A stretch of 64,000 bases of DNA, taken from an uncultured delta proteobacterium. Lineage in GTDB: Bacteria; Desulfobacterota; Binatia; JACPRU01. Below are positions 34,702 through 45,006 of this stretch, one piece after another (within the stretch, counting starts at the first letter, position 1; the number at the start of each line of letters is the position of its first letter). The notes beneath the pieces are model-generated. The model saw nothing but the letters and a program-made list of their open reading frames with translations. It ran no database searches and was not told the DNA's origin. The stretch lies in contig CAVUWD010000006.1 in the NCBI GenBank assembly GCA_963745025.1, forward strand, positions 160,001-224,000, read 5' to 3'. The position numbers were made by a program, and so were the translations under genes.

Positions 34702-37296
34702 CTACGTAGCCATCTGGAGGCGGCGACGCCACCCCGAGTTGGCGGTTGCGACAGGCACGCCCGCGGGGCCGACCTCGAGATCGAGGAGGTCGCGACTCTT
34801 GGCGGGATGCCACCATGGGCCGAGAGCGAGGTGGTGGTGGTCTGAGGGGTCCCACACGCCGATCTCTAGGGCATAGCCGCCCACGGGCAGCTCTTGCGGA
34901 ATCGTCACGCGCTCGGTCTGCTTCACGATCTCCCCCACCTCCCACGTACGGGTGGAATGACCGGCATCGCCGAGGACGTAGTCGGTGGGGAACTGCCCGT
35001 GCGGTCCACGCACGTGGACGAAGGCCGCGTAGTCGCTCTGCATGCGCCGCTGCGCCTTCCAGTAATACGTGAGCTCCACCGCGCGCGGCCCGACGCTCTT
35101 GCGGTCGTAACCGACGAGCTTCAGCGCCGTCCCGAAGCGCCAGCCCAGAGGCACCGCCGGAGAAAAGCGCTCCCTCTCCATGCGGTCGATGGCCGCCAGC
35201 CGCTCGGCGTCGCCGTGACTGCTGTAGAGCTCGCGCAGCGCCAGCAGCGCGGCGTTGCTCTCGGGGTGACGGTCGGCCTCGCGAAGCAGACGGCGCTCGG
35301 CCACCTCGAAGGAGCTCGGGTCGGCGAACCGCGGCGGCTGAAGGATCGGGCCCGCGGAGGCCTGCCCGAACACGTCGAGCTCGGCCACCGTCCAGCTCTG
35401 CCCGGGGAAGGCTTGCAGCAGCGTCAGGCGCACCCAGCGCGCCGGGCGCGGCGGGAAGAGCACCATCTGCACGTCATCGGGCATCACCGACACCTGGCCG
35501 TCGGAACGGAAGCTGATCGGGGAATCCCAACTCGCGTCCTTCACCAGCTCCCAGCTCTCGCCATCGCCCGAGGCCTCCACGAGCAGGCGGCGAAAGGCCG
35601 TGGTCGGCTGCCCGCCGAGGCCGAGGTAGATTCCCGTGATCGTTTCGCTGCGGCCGAGATCGAGCGTGAGCGCCGGGCGGAACGCCGTCGGCGGCACCGA
35701 CCATCTCGTCAGCGGATCGCCGTCGATCACCAGGTCCGCGTCTTCGGCGTCGGTGGTGGCGGAGACTTTCCAGCTCTCGCGCGCCAGCGGCGCGCGAGGC
35801 ACGCCGTCGTAGTGGATCTGCCAGTAGATGCGATAGCCGCGGACGTGCGCCCGCGCGAAACCGGCGTCGAGGGATGCGAGCGTGCTCTCGGCGCCGCTGC
35901 CCGGATCGTCGTGCAGGATGACCGCCGGATTCTCGATCCTCTCCTCGTCGATTGGATAGCGGCGGTTCTGGTAGTCCGTGACGATGACCCGGTCGCGGGT
36001 GAGAAACGTCGTGATCATCGCATCGCCGTAGTCGGCGTACGCGAAGCGGATCGGGCTCTGCAGCAGGTACTTGCTGAGCTCCTCGACCGGCCCGGCGAAG
36101 AACCGCGCCGGCATCTTCACGAAGTCGCGGTGAAGCTCCAAGACCTCGCGGGCGTAGAGCGCGAGGGCGAGACCGAGGACGGAGAGGCCGAGCGCTCGCT
36201 TGCGCTCGAGGAGCCACTCCACGGCGAGCGCCGAGAGCGGGATCGTCGCGGTCGCGAACGGTACGAGGTAGCGCTCGAGCCGAAGCGTCGTCGGCCGGCA
36301 CTCGGTGTAAACGACGACTGTCACGAGCGCGAAGAGGAAGAGGCTCGCGACGGGGCTCATTCGCGCGACACGTCCGCGCACAAGATCGAGCCAGGACCCG
36401 CGCAGGGCGACGAGAGCGGCACCCGCGCCGGCGGCGGCGAGCGTTGCGAGCGCCAGGCCGGGCGCGCCCTCCGAGAACTCGCCCGTCAGCTCGCGTACGC
36501 CGAGCACGTTGGGCAAGCCGCGCGTCAGCACCCAGTAGAGATCCGCTCCCCGTCCCGTTGCCCCCGCCAGCGCGGCCTCGTGGGTCAGCAGGTGGAACGT
36601 GCCAAACCCGTGCCGGAGGTTGTAGGCCCAGAAGGGAAGGCTCGCGACGAAGAACGCGGTGATCGCCAGCCACGCCGCGGGGCGGCGCAGGATCCGCCAA
36701 TCCCAGAGCACGAGGTAGAGGCCGGCGACGACGAAGTACGGGAGCACCAGCCAGTTGGTCCAGAACGCGAAGCCGCCGATCGCACCGATCGCGAACAGGT
36801 ACGCCCCCTGTGCACGGGGTGAGAGCGGGCGGTAGATCAATCGCAGTGTCAGCACGAGCAGCCACGTGCCGAGCGCGAGCGTCTCGGGATAGCCACCGAG
36901 CGGCATCATCTCGTGATACTGCAGGTACGCGGGCGCGATGGCCGAGAGCAGCGCGGCGATGATCGCAGCGCGCTCGCCGCCGCACAGCTCGGTGAGCGCG
37001 TAGACCGCGATCGTGAACAGCATGAACCAGGGGAGCAGGCCGAGCGACAGCGAGAACTCGTTCACGCCGAACAGAGCGAAGAACGGCGCGATCGACAGGG
37101 ACTCAGTCGAGCCCATGTACGATTGTCCCCAGTAAAACGCGTAGAAGCGCCCGGCGAGCTCGTGCATCGCCATCAAGCCGACGATCGCCGTATCGTTGAA
37201 CGCCTTCCCGTCGAGGGCCGCTGCGACGTAGAGTCGGACGAGGATCCCGACGACGAGGATCGCGACGAGGCCGATCTTGCGGGTCCGATCTTTCAT
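34702..37296 (-). CDS. Paralogous GT-C glycosyltransferase with discoidin domain
   Basis: NDTAIVGLMA..FYWGQSYMGSTE; GYPETLALG; ERYLVP; IDGDPLTRW..LTLDLG..SGDGESW..ARWVRLT..WTVAELDV. Confidence 0.78.
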   Translation of the reverse strand: MKDRTRKIGLVAILVVGILVRLYVAAALDGKAFNDTAIVGLMAMHELAGRFYAFYWGQSYMGSTESLSIAPFFALFGVNEFSLSLGLLPWFMLFTIAVYALTELCGGERAAIIAALLSAIAPAYLQYHEMMPLGGYPETLALGTWLLVLTLRLIYRPLSPRAQGAYLFAIGAIGGFAFWTNWLVLPYFVVAGLYLVLWDWRILRRPAAWLAITAFFVASLPFWAYNLRHGFGTFHLLTHEAALAGATGRGADLYWVLTRGLPNVLGVRELTGEFSEGAPGLALATLAAAGAGAALVALRGSWLDLVRGRVARMSPVASLFLFALVTVVVYTECRPTTLRLERYLVPFATATIPLSALAVEWLLERKRALGLSVLGLALALYAREVLELHRDFVKMPARFFAGPVEELSKYLLQSPIRFAYADYGDAMITTFLTRDRVIVTDYQNRRYPIDEERIENPAVILHDDPGSGAESTLASLDAGFARAHVRGYRIYWQIHYDGVPRAPLARESWKVSATTDAEDADLVIDGDPLTRWSVPPTAFRPALTLDLGRSETITGIYLGLGGQPTTAFRRLLVEASGDGESWELVKDASWDSPISFRSDGQVSVMPDDVQMVLFPPRPARWVRLTLLQAFPGQSWTVAELDVFGQASAGPILQPPRFADPSSFEVAERRLLREADRHPESNAALLALRELYSSHGDAERLAAIDRMERERFSPAVPLGWRFGTALKLVGYDRKSVGPRAVELTYYWKAQRRMQSDYAAFVHVRGPHGQFPTDYVLGDAGHSTRTWEVGEIVKQTERVTIPQELPVGGYALEIGVWDPSDHHHLALGPWWHPAKSRDLLDLEVGPAGVPVATANSGWRRRLQMAT

Positions 37297-37364
37297 TGCG
37301 ATTGCGCGATCGGGGTTCTTACGTTAAAACCCTCAATCATGGCTGATATTACGTAGGAACTTGA

Positions 37365-37913
37365 ATGGCTTCAACGGGCAAAGGCGGCGGCAGACCGCCG
37401 AAGTTCGACGAGCCACGAAGGCCGGTGACGGTGACGCTGCCCAAACGCACGCTTTCTGCGCTCGCCGCGGTCGACACCGACCGCGCCAGGGCGATCGTCA
37501 AGCTCGTCGACGCGGCGCTGTCCGGCAAGAGGAGCGGCAAGCCTGTGGAGGTCGTCGAGGTCGCTCCGGGAGCGGCCGTCATCCTGGTGGCACCGAGTCG
37601 ATGTCTGCGCCGTATTCCCTGGCTGAAGCTCGCCGAAGTGACGCCGGGCCGCCATCTGCTGACGATCGTTCCCGGCACGGCGATCGAGTCGCTCGAAGTT
37701 GCGATGCTCGACATTCTCGAGCGCTTGGCACCCGACGAAGACTACGAACGGAAGATCCTCGAGGAGCTACGGCAACTGATCGGTGCGAGCCGGCGCGGGC
37801 ACACCATCCGCAAGTTCGAGATGCTCTACGTGCGCCCCTTTGCCGCACGCCGCCGCCCGGCCTCTTCGCGCCTGCGCGGTACGCCGGCGATCCGAGATTC
37901 ACACGTCAGATGA
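37365..37913 (+). CDS. Putative DNA-binding regulator (N-terminal GRPPK plus ribbon-helix-helix-like segment)
   Basis: GGGRPPKFDEPRRPVTVTLPKRTLSALAAVDTDRARAIVKLVD; divergent from the GT operon; coding-like codon usage. Confidence 0.6.
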   Translation: MASTGKGGGRPPKFDEPRRPVTVTLPKRTLSALAAVDTDRARAIVKLVDAALSGKRSGKPVEVVEVAPGAAVILVAPSRCLRRIPWLKLAEVTPGRHLLTIVPGTAIESLEVAMLDILERLAPDEDYERKILEELRQLIGASRRGHTIRKFEMLYVRPFAARRRPASSRLRGTPAIRDSHVR

Positions 37914-38032
37914 CCACGGTTGCGGCTTGATATGACCCGACCGAACGGGCCGTCCCGGATCGGGCCGCGGTGATTTGTCCTTTCGGTGCGCCTTCGGCTG
38001 AGATAAGGAGCCTGAGAGAAAGGGGAGCGAGC

Positions 38033-39229
38033 ATGGCAGCGACCGTTCTTTATCGTGACCAGGTTTCGGAAATCGCAGTGGCGTCAGCTGAGGGAGAGCA
38101 CCTCTGGGTTCCAGTCGCGGACCTGGAGCGGGCGAGCGGCTGGCAACTCAAGCCCGAGGGGGCCTGCAAGGGTGAGGTGTGCGTGCCGCTACCTCGAGAC
38201 CGGTCGTGGCTCCGCGGAGATCGATTCGATCTCGCCGCGCTCGCGCGCCATGTCGGCGAGCCGGTCGTTCACGACGACGAGGGTCGCGTCTGGCTGTTCG
38301 CCGAGCCAGCTGACACCAAGCGCAGCCGGCTTCAGTCCGGCGAGGCACCCGACTTCGCGCTGCCGGATCTGAGCGGGCGCATCCATCGTCTGTCCGACTA
38401 CCGGGGCAAGAAGGTCTTACTCTACGCCTGGGCCTCCTGGTGAGGATGCCGCTTCGACTTGCCCGTGTGGCAGGCGATCTACGAGGAGCTCCGGGGCCAG
38501 AACTTCGTCGTCATCGCGATCGCGCTCGATAGCGCCGGCCCCGCGGCGGCGCGTGCCGCGATCGAGGCCGACGGTCCGCCGCCCGAGCTTGCGCCAGTCG
38601 CGAAGAACCTGATGGGCTGGGACGACGACATCTGGAGCCGTGCCGGACGGCCGACGTATCCCTGCCTGATCGACGCGCAACACGTCGTCGCCGAGCTCTA
38701 CGACATGGTGAACGTGCCGACCGCCGTGTGGATCGACGAGAAGGGACGGATCGTCCGTCCCCCCGAGAGCGGTGGCTCGAACGACGCTTTCCGCAAGATG
38801 GATCCGGCGACGTTCGCGTTGCCCGAGGACGCCGCGGCGTCGGGGCGGAAGGCCCGGAGCGTCTACGTCAACGCGCTCCGCGATTGGGTGAAGAACGGCG
38901 AGCGGAGCCGGCACGCGTACAAGCTCAAGGAGGCGATTCACCGCACGCGCATGCCGACGGACGCCGCCGCGCTGGCCACGGCGTGGTTCCGGCTCGGCAA
39001 GTACTTCCACGAGAAGGGCGACCTGGCCGCGGCGCAGAAGTATCTCAAGAAGGCGGTCGCGCTTCGGCCCGAGAGCTGGAACTTCCGACGCCAGACATAC
39101 GTGCTCGCTGACCCGGCGTTGACCGGACAGCTGAACGCGCAGCCCGAGTTCTTCGCGGACGTGGCCGCGCTCGGTGATCGGCACTACTACGAGCCGATCG
39201 ACATGGAAGGGATGCCCAAGCCGGATTGA
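38033..39229 (+). CDS. TlpA/ResA-like thioredoxin-fold selenoprotein (WASW-U-GC), with C-terminal TPR-like helices
   Basis: ORFs 37970-38443 and 38459-39229 are in the same frame, separated only by TGA at 38441: APDFALPDLSGRIHRLSDYRGKKVLLYAWASW*GCRFDLPVWQ; SECIS-like hairpin follows. Confidence 0.88.
38454..38477 (+). promoter_or_regulatory. Putative bacterial SECIS hairpin
   Basis: TCG-a-CTTGCC [CGTGT] GGCAGG-CGA; the loop starts 20 nt after the TGA and has G at loop position 2. Confidence 0.7.
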
Positions 39230-39424
39230 TTCGCGTCCAGACCCCCTGACGCATCGAAATCGATCGCGCGTCGGCTCCCACCCGGCGCCTTCGGTCTCGT
39301 CCATGGCTGGCTTCTGCAGACGCTCGCCTCGTGCGGTAACTACGCGGCGCTCCGTCCTTCAACGCGGAGGCCCATTCGCCACCGTCCCGACCGGAGAACG
39401 GAAGACGCGGCCGAGAATGGCGCC

Positions 39425-40039
39425 TCATGCCGGGCGCGCGATCCCCTCGTACGTGTATGTGAGCAGCGGGATCCCGCCCAGGTAGAAGTTCTCCAGCTCC
39501 GCGATCTGAAATCCCGCTCGCCGTAGGAGATCGTCGGTCTTGCGGTTCATGTTGCATCCGCCCGAGAGCCGCCGCCAGACAGGATTCAGGCGCTCTTGCC
39601 AGGTCCGCACGCGATGGTCGGGAGCGAGGCCATGCTCGATGAAGAGCATCCGCCCGTCGGGTTTCAACACGCGGCGGATCTCTTGGAGCGCCCGCAGTGG
39701 ATCGGCGATGCTGCAGAGCACCCAGGTAGCGACCGCCGTGTCGATCGAGCGGTCATCGAGAGCAAGCGCCTCCGCCGATTGGTGGAGGAGCTCCACCGGA
39801 AAGGGAAGCCCATCGATCTTCCGCCGCGTCATGTTCAGGAGGTCGGCGGAGGGATCGACGCCGAAAAGTCGCTGAACGCCGCGCGAGTAGAAGGGCAAGT
39901 TCAGTCCCGAGCCGATGCCGATCTCGAGCACTCGACCGCTCGCCGCTGGGACGACCTCCGCGCGGCGGCGCCCCGCCTCCTTGTTCCGCATCACCAGGTC
40001 GATGACGCGGGGGATCACTCGATCTCGGTAGAAGCCCAT
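39425..40039 (-). CDS. Class I SAM-dependent methyltransferase
   Basis: VLEIGIGSGLNL; GVDPS; EIRRVLKPDG; FIEHG. Confidence 0.9.
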   Translation of the reverse strand: MGFYRDRVIPRVIDLVMRNKEAGRRRAEVVPAASGRVLEIGIGSGLNLPFYSRGVQRLFGVDPSADLLNMTRRKIDGLPFPVELLHQSAEALALDDRSIDTAVATWVLCSIADPLRALQEIRRVLKPDGRMLFIEHGLAPDHRVRTWQERLNPVWRRLSGGCNMNRKTDDLLRRAGFQIAELENFYLGGIPLLTYTYEGIARPA

Positions 40040-40663
40040 CTTTCAGGATTCTTTCAGGATGCGGCAGGTTGCCTTGCGGCCGATCCTTCAGCAGATGACG
40101 CAATCGATCAAGATCGGAGGCCGGCGCGCGCCGCTCGCGGGTACTGCCGAGATCTTTCGCGCGTTTGCAGAGTGCGTCGACCAGACCGCATGGATGAAGT
40201 GCTTACCAAGACCGACGAAGGAGAGAAGGAGTTCGTATGAGCCACACCGGTACTTGAAAGTGCCGCCCCGCTTCGCGCAGCTGGTCGAGCACGAGATTGA
40301 CTCATGTTGGGGGCGTTGACCTCCTCACAACCAGCCAACGGCGCAGACGCTCGAAAAGATCAGCTCACCCATGTCGCGAGCGCACGCCTCGTACTTGCGG
40401 GTTTCCTCAGCTCAGGCGTAGGCACGTCGCGCCATCGGCGGTCGGCGCCTCGGTTCCTGAAGGTCTTCGCCCCGCCGATTGTTGGACCCGTTTACTCCTC
40501 GACCGCTATCGCCGGTCGTGCTGGTCGTGAGCGCCCGCGACGACTGCGCCATGCGGGCCGCCCGGGATAGTCGCAGTTCCGCCGGGTTCGCTTTTGCGTT
40601 GCCCGCGCCACGCGTGCTAGGTAGCCGGCTGCACGCACAGGCCAACGAATCGGGAGGCGGACG

Positions 40664-41677
40664 ATGTTGCCAGTAGGCTATTTCTCGCCGACGCAGGACC
40701 CGCCCAACGTCAAGAAGACCGCGGTCCTGATCGATGAAATCATGGAGCAGGCGGTGCTCGCCGAATCGGTCGGCTACGACGGCTTCTTTTTCCCGGAGCA
40801 CCATCAGCAGGCCGACGCCTTCCTGCCCAACCCGGTGCTGCTCGCCGGTCTCGTCGGCATGCGCACGAAGCGCATCAAAGTCGGCCCGTCGGTGCTCCTC
40901 GCGCCGCTCTACCACCCGATCCGGCTCGCCGAGGACGTCGCGATGATCGACCTCGCGACCAAGGGGCGGTTTATCTGCGCGCTCGGCGTCGGCTACGTGC
41001 CCGAGGATTTCGATGCCTTCGGCATCCCGTTCAAGCAGCGCGCGCGGCGCACCGAGGAATGCATCGAGATCCTCCGGCGCGCCTGGACCGGCGAGCGGTT
41101 CAGCTATCCGAGCAAGTACTACACACTCGAAAACATCCGCGTCACGCCGACGCCGTATACCGAGGCCGGCCCGCCGATCTGGGCGGCCGGCTGGTCGCGG
41201 CCGGGAATCGAGCGCGCCGGGCGCATGGCCGACGGCCTAATTGCGGATCCAATGCAGTCGTTGCAGGTGATCAAGGAGCACGCCCGCGAATACCGCGAAG
41301 TCGCGAAGCGGCACGGGCGCACCCCCTACTACGTGTTGATGCGCGACTGCGTGATCGGCGAGAACCGCGACACGGTCCTTGCCAAGAGCGTGCCGGCGAT
41401 GACCAAATACCGCTGGTACTACGAACACGGCGCCTATGTCGCCGACCAGTACCTGAAGGACGTCAAGAGCCCGGCTGATCTGACCTTCGACCTCTGCGCG
41501 AAAGACCGGCTCGTTGCTGGATCGCCCGAGCAGTGCCGGGACCAGTTGCAGATGTGGAAACAGGAAACCAAGCCCGACTATCTGATCCTGCGCATGCGCC
41601 ACGCGAGCGGCCCGCCCCTGCCCGAGGCCCTCGCCGATGTCCGGCGCATCGGCGAGAAGGTCATCCCGCACCTCTAG
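40664..41677 (+). CDS. LLM-class flavin-dependent oxidoreductase (luciferase-like)
   Basis: AESVGYDGFFFPEHH; PLYHPIRLAEDVAMID; GVGY. Confidence 0.9.
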   Translation: MLPVGYFSPTQDPPNVKKTAVLIDEIMEQAVLAESVGYDGFFFPEHHQQADAFLPNPVLLAGLVGMRTKRIKVGPSVLLAPLYHPIRLAEDVAMIDLATKGRFICALGVGYVPEDFDAFGIPFKQRARRTEECIEILRRAWTGERFSYPSKYYTLENIRVTPTPYTEAGPPIWAAGWSRPGIERAGRMADGLIADPMQSLQVIKEHAREYREVAKRHGRTPYYVLMRDCVIGENRDTVLAKSVPAMTKYRWYYEHGAYVADQYLKDVKSPADLTFDLCAKDRLVAGSPEQCRDQLQMWKQETKPDYLILRMRHASGPPLPEALADVRRIGEKVIPHL

Positions 41678-41684
41678 CCGCGAG

Positions 41685-42458
41685 ATGGCCGATCCGGTCC
41701 TCTACGACGCCCGCGCTCGCGCGGCCTGGCTCACGCTCAACGCTCCCGCCGTGCACAACGCGCTCGGCCCGGAACTGGTCGGTGGGCTCGACACGGCTCT
41801 CGCACGGGCGGTCGCCGACGAGGCGGTGCGCGTGATCGTGCTGACAGGCGCCGGACGCAGCTTCTGCGCGGGGCTCGACCTCAAGGGCGGCTCCGATGCC
41901 TTCCGGCGCCCGGGCGACGGCGACGCGCCCTCGCCCTACGAGCGCCTCGTGCGGGCGTTCTGGGAGTGTCCGAAGCCGATCATCGGCCGCATCCAGGGCG
42001 GCGCCTTCGGCGCGGGCTTCGGTCTCGTCTTGTGCTGCGATCTCGCGGTCGCTGCCGAGACCGTGGAGTTCGCCGTCACCGAGCTGCATTTCGGCATGCC
42101 GCCGACCCTCATCCCGCTGATGCTGCACCACCGCCAGCTGCTCGGCGCGGTGCGGCCGCTGCTCTTCACGGGCGAGCGTTTCGACGCGCGCCGCGCCCAC
42201 GCGCTGCACATCGTCCACGAAGTGGCCGCCGCACCGCAACTCGACGAGACCGTCGCGGCCTGCGGTGCGCGCCTGCTGAAGTGCGCGCCCGGCGCGCTCG
42301 CGACCGCCAAGACCATCCAGCGCGCGCTGCCGGCGATGACCTTTGCCGAGGGCCTCGCGTTCGCCGCCGGCCACCTCTCGCGCGCCCTGTCCTCGAGCGA
42401 GGCGCGCGAGGGGTTCGCGGCGTTCGGCGAGCGCCGCGCGCCGCGCTGGACCGCCTGA
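41685..42458 (+). CDS. Enoyl-CoA hydratase/isomerase family protein
   Basis: FCAGLDL; PKPIIGRIQGGAFGAGFGL; EAREGFAAF. Confidence 0.88.
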   Translation: MADPVLYDARARAAWLTLNAPAVHNALGPELVGGLDTALARAVADEAVRVIVLTGAGRSFCAGLDLKGGSDAFRRPGDGDAPSPYERLVRAFWECPKPIIGRIQGGAFGAGFGLVLCCDLAVAAETVEFAVTELHFGMPPTLIPLMLHHRQLLGAVRPLLFTGERFDARRAHALHIVHEVAAAPQLDETVAACGARLLKCAPGALATAKTIQRALPAMTFAEGLAFAAGHLSRALSSSEAREGFAAFGERRAPRWTA

Positions 42459-42825
42459 TGCCCCCGCCGGATGAGCCTCCGCCCCGCGGAGGGCGCCGCT
42501 GAGGCCTGCCGTTTCGCGGTGGCGGCCACCTCGGCGACGGCGTCGGGGTTGACGAGACCGATTTTCCCAGAAGGCCCGCGGGCCGGTAACCGACCGCGGC
42601 TCGGTCGCGCCGCACGGCCCCGCCCCGGCGTGCTCTGCGGCAAGGCCGTGTTTTCCCGCACCCCGGAGCGTTGAATCCATCACAGGGTCGTGCGAGAGTG
42701 CCCCCGTTGCCCGGCGCGAGCTCCCGCCGGTACCCCAGGCTGCAGATGAGCGCGGCTGTGGCGGTCCCCAGCGAGGTCCCGCGCCGGAAGAGCGAGACCA
42801 GCACAAAGAGGATCGAGGATCACTG

Positions 42826-45006
42826 ATGACGAATCCCTCGATGATGATCGCGATCGATGCCGGCGGCACGATGACCGACGCGTATCTGACCGATGAGCAC
42901 GGCAATTTTGCCGTCGGCAAGGCGCTGACCAACCGCGCCGCCGAGCACGAGAGCTATCTCGAGGCGATCGAGGACGCGGCGCGCGTCTGGGGCATCGACG
43001 GCCGCACCGTGCACGAGCGCGCGATGCTGTCGGTCTACACCGGAACGGCCATGCTCAACGCCATGCTGATGCGCCGCGGCAAGCGTGTCGGCCTGTTGGT
43101 CACGCGCGGCTTCGAGCATTCGACGATCCAGGAGCGCGGCCTGACCTATCTCGGGCAGTCCTACGCCGAAATCCTGCACCAGCGGCTGCATGAACACACC
43201 GTACCGCTGATGGACCCGCGGCACGTGCGCGGCATCACCGAGCGCATCGAGAGCGGCAGCTATTACGGCCTGTCGCCGGCCGGCGGAGTGCTGATCCCGA
43301 TCAACGAGAACGACGTCAGGCGCGAGGTCGCCTTCCTGCTCGACGAGGGTATCGAGGCGATCGGCATCGTGTTCCTGTTCTCCTATCTCAATCCGGCGCA
43401 CGAGCGGCGCGCGGCCGAGATCGCGCGCGAGGTGATCGCGGCGCGCGGCGCCGACGTGCGGGTCATCACCTCGGCCGAGCTGATCCCCGTGATCAAGGAA
43501 AACCAGCGTTTGAAGAGCGTGCTGATCGAGGCCTTCACGGCCGACGAAGCCCGCAAGCAGCTCGGCGCGGTCGAGCGCGCGGCCCAGGACAGCGGCTTGA
43601 AGTCGAGCCTGCTGACGGTGACGAGCTACGGCAGCGTGGTCAGCATCAACACGCCGCGGCTCTACGAGACGATCATCTCAGGGCCGGTGGGCGGGCTGAT
43701 GGGGGGCAAGTGGATCGCCGAGCTCAAGGGGCTCGACAGCATCGTCTGCTGCGATATGGGCGGCACCAGCTTCGACGTCGGCCTGATCGTCGGCGGCAAC
43801 ATCGGCATCCGTCACGAGCCGGATTTCGGCGGCCATCGCCTCGCCCTGCCGATGGTCGCACTCGACTCGATCGGCGCCGGTGCCGGCAGCGTCATTCATG
43901 TCGATCCGGTCACCAAGAGCATCGAGCTCGGTCCGGACTCGGCCGGGGCCGAGGTCGGGGTGTGCTACAAGTACCCCGAAATCACGGTCTCCGATCTCGA
44001 TGTCGCGCTCGGCTACCTGAACCCCAATTACTTCCTCGGCGGCAAGATCACGCTCGACCGCGAGCGCGCGCTCGGCATCCTCGAGGAACGCCTCGCCAAA
44101 CCCCTGGGGCAGGATCTGTTCCACGCCGCCGAGGGCGTGCTCGAGGTCATGCACACGCGCATGAAGGAGTTGATCTATTCGATGCTGCTCGCGCGCGGCT
44201 ACGAGCCGAGTTCCTACACGCTGTTCATGTACGGCGGCGGCGGGCCGCTGCACATGTGGGGCGTGACCGAGGGGATCCCGCTGGCCAGCATCGCGACGTT
44301 CCCGTGGGCGGCGGCCTTCTCGGCCTTCGGCGCGACCGCGGCCGAGTACTCGCACCGCTACCAGGCCGGCGCGAGCCTCTTGATCCCGCTGCATCCGGAC
44401 CGCGACACGCAGCGCCAGGCCGCGGCGCAGTTCAACCGCGTGTTCGAGGAACTCGAGGAGCGCGCCTACCAGGAACTGCAGGACGAGGGATTTCGCCGCG
44501 ACCAGGTGCGCTTCAACTACGGCATGCAGGCGCGCTACACGGGTCTGCTCGAAAGTCTCGAGGTCGCGCTGCCCTTCGGGCGGCTGGCCGAGCCCAAGGA
44601 CCTCGATCGGGCGATCGCGGCGTTCGAGGATCGCTACGAGAAGGTCTACGCGCGCGGCGCCAAGTACCGCGAGGCCGGCTATTTCATTTCCGAGTTCTTC
44701 ATTGAAGCGTTCGCCGAAAAACCCAAGCCGGCGCTGCGCCCGCAGCCGCTCGGGCCGGCGGCGCCGCCGCGCAAGGCTTACAAGCAGAAGCGCAAGGTCT
44801 TCCATCGGCGCCGCTGGATCGACTTCGAGATCCTCGAGATGGCGCACCTCGGCCCCGGCAACTGCGTTGCCGGGCCGGCGATCATCGAGGATCCGATGAC
44901 CACGCTGGTAATCCCGCCCGGCAAACAGGTATCCTTCGATGAGCACGGGCTCATCTGGTATCTGGGGTCAGAACGCGCAGGCCTAGCGCGGAGGAGAGTC
45001 TCATGA
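42826..45006 (+). CDS. Hydantoinase/oxoprolinase A family; acetone carboxylase beta-subunit-like ATPase
   Basis: IDAGGTMTD; SGPVGGL; DMGGTSFDV; SIGAGAGS; AAAFSAFG. Confidence 0.88.
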   Translation: MTNPSMMIAIDAGGTMTDAYLTDEHGNFAVGKALTNRAAEHESYLEAIEDAARVWGIDGRTVHERAMLSVYTGTAMLNAMLMRRGKRVGLLVTRGFEHSTIQERGLTYLGQSYAEILHQRLHEHTVPLMDPRHVRGITERIESGSYYGLSPAGGVLIPINENDVRREVAFLLDEGIEAIGIVFLFSYLNPAHERRAAEIAREVIAARGADVRVITSAELIPVIKENQRLKSVLIEAFTADEARKQLGAVERAAQDSGLKSSLLTVTSYGSVVSINTPRLYETIISGPVGGLMGGKWIAELKGLDSIVCCDMGGTSFDVGLIVGGNIGIRHEPDFGGHRLALPMVALDSIGAGAGSVIHVDPVTKSIELGPDSAGAEVGVCYKYPEITVSDLDVALGYLNPNYFLGGKITLDRERALGILEERLAKPLGQDLFHAAEGVLEVMHTRMKELIYSMLLARGYEPSSYTLFMYGGGGPLHMWGVTEGIPLASIATFPWAAAFSAFGATAAEYSHRYQAGASLLIPLHPDRDTQRQAAAQFNRVFEELEERAYQELQDEGFRRDQVRFNYGMQARYTGLLESLEVALPFGRLAEPKDLDRAIAAFEDRYEKVYARGAKYREAGYFISEFFIEAFAEKPKPALRPQPLGPAAPPRKAYKQKRKVFHRRRWIDFEILEMAHLGPGNCVAGPAIIEDPMTTLVIPPGKQVSFDEHGLIWYLGSERAGLARRRVS

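Noticed and set aside
40237-40320. RBS-ATG-short ORF with TGA-AAG-TGC (U-x-C-like) as a third selenoprotein
   Set aside because: The read-through sequence has no recognisable fold, atypical codon usage and no CGTGY-loop hairpin
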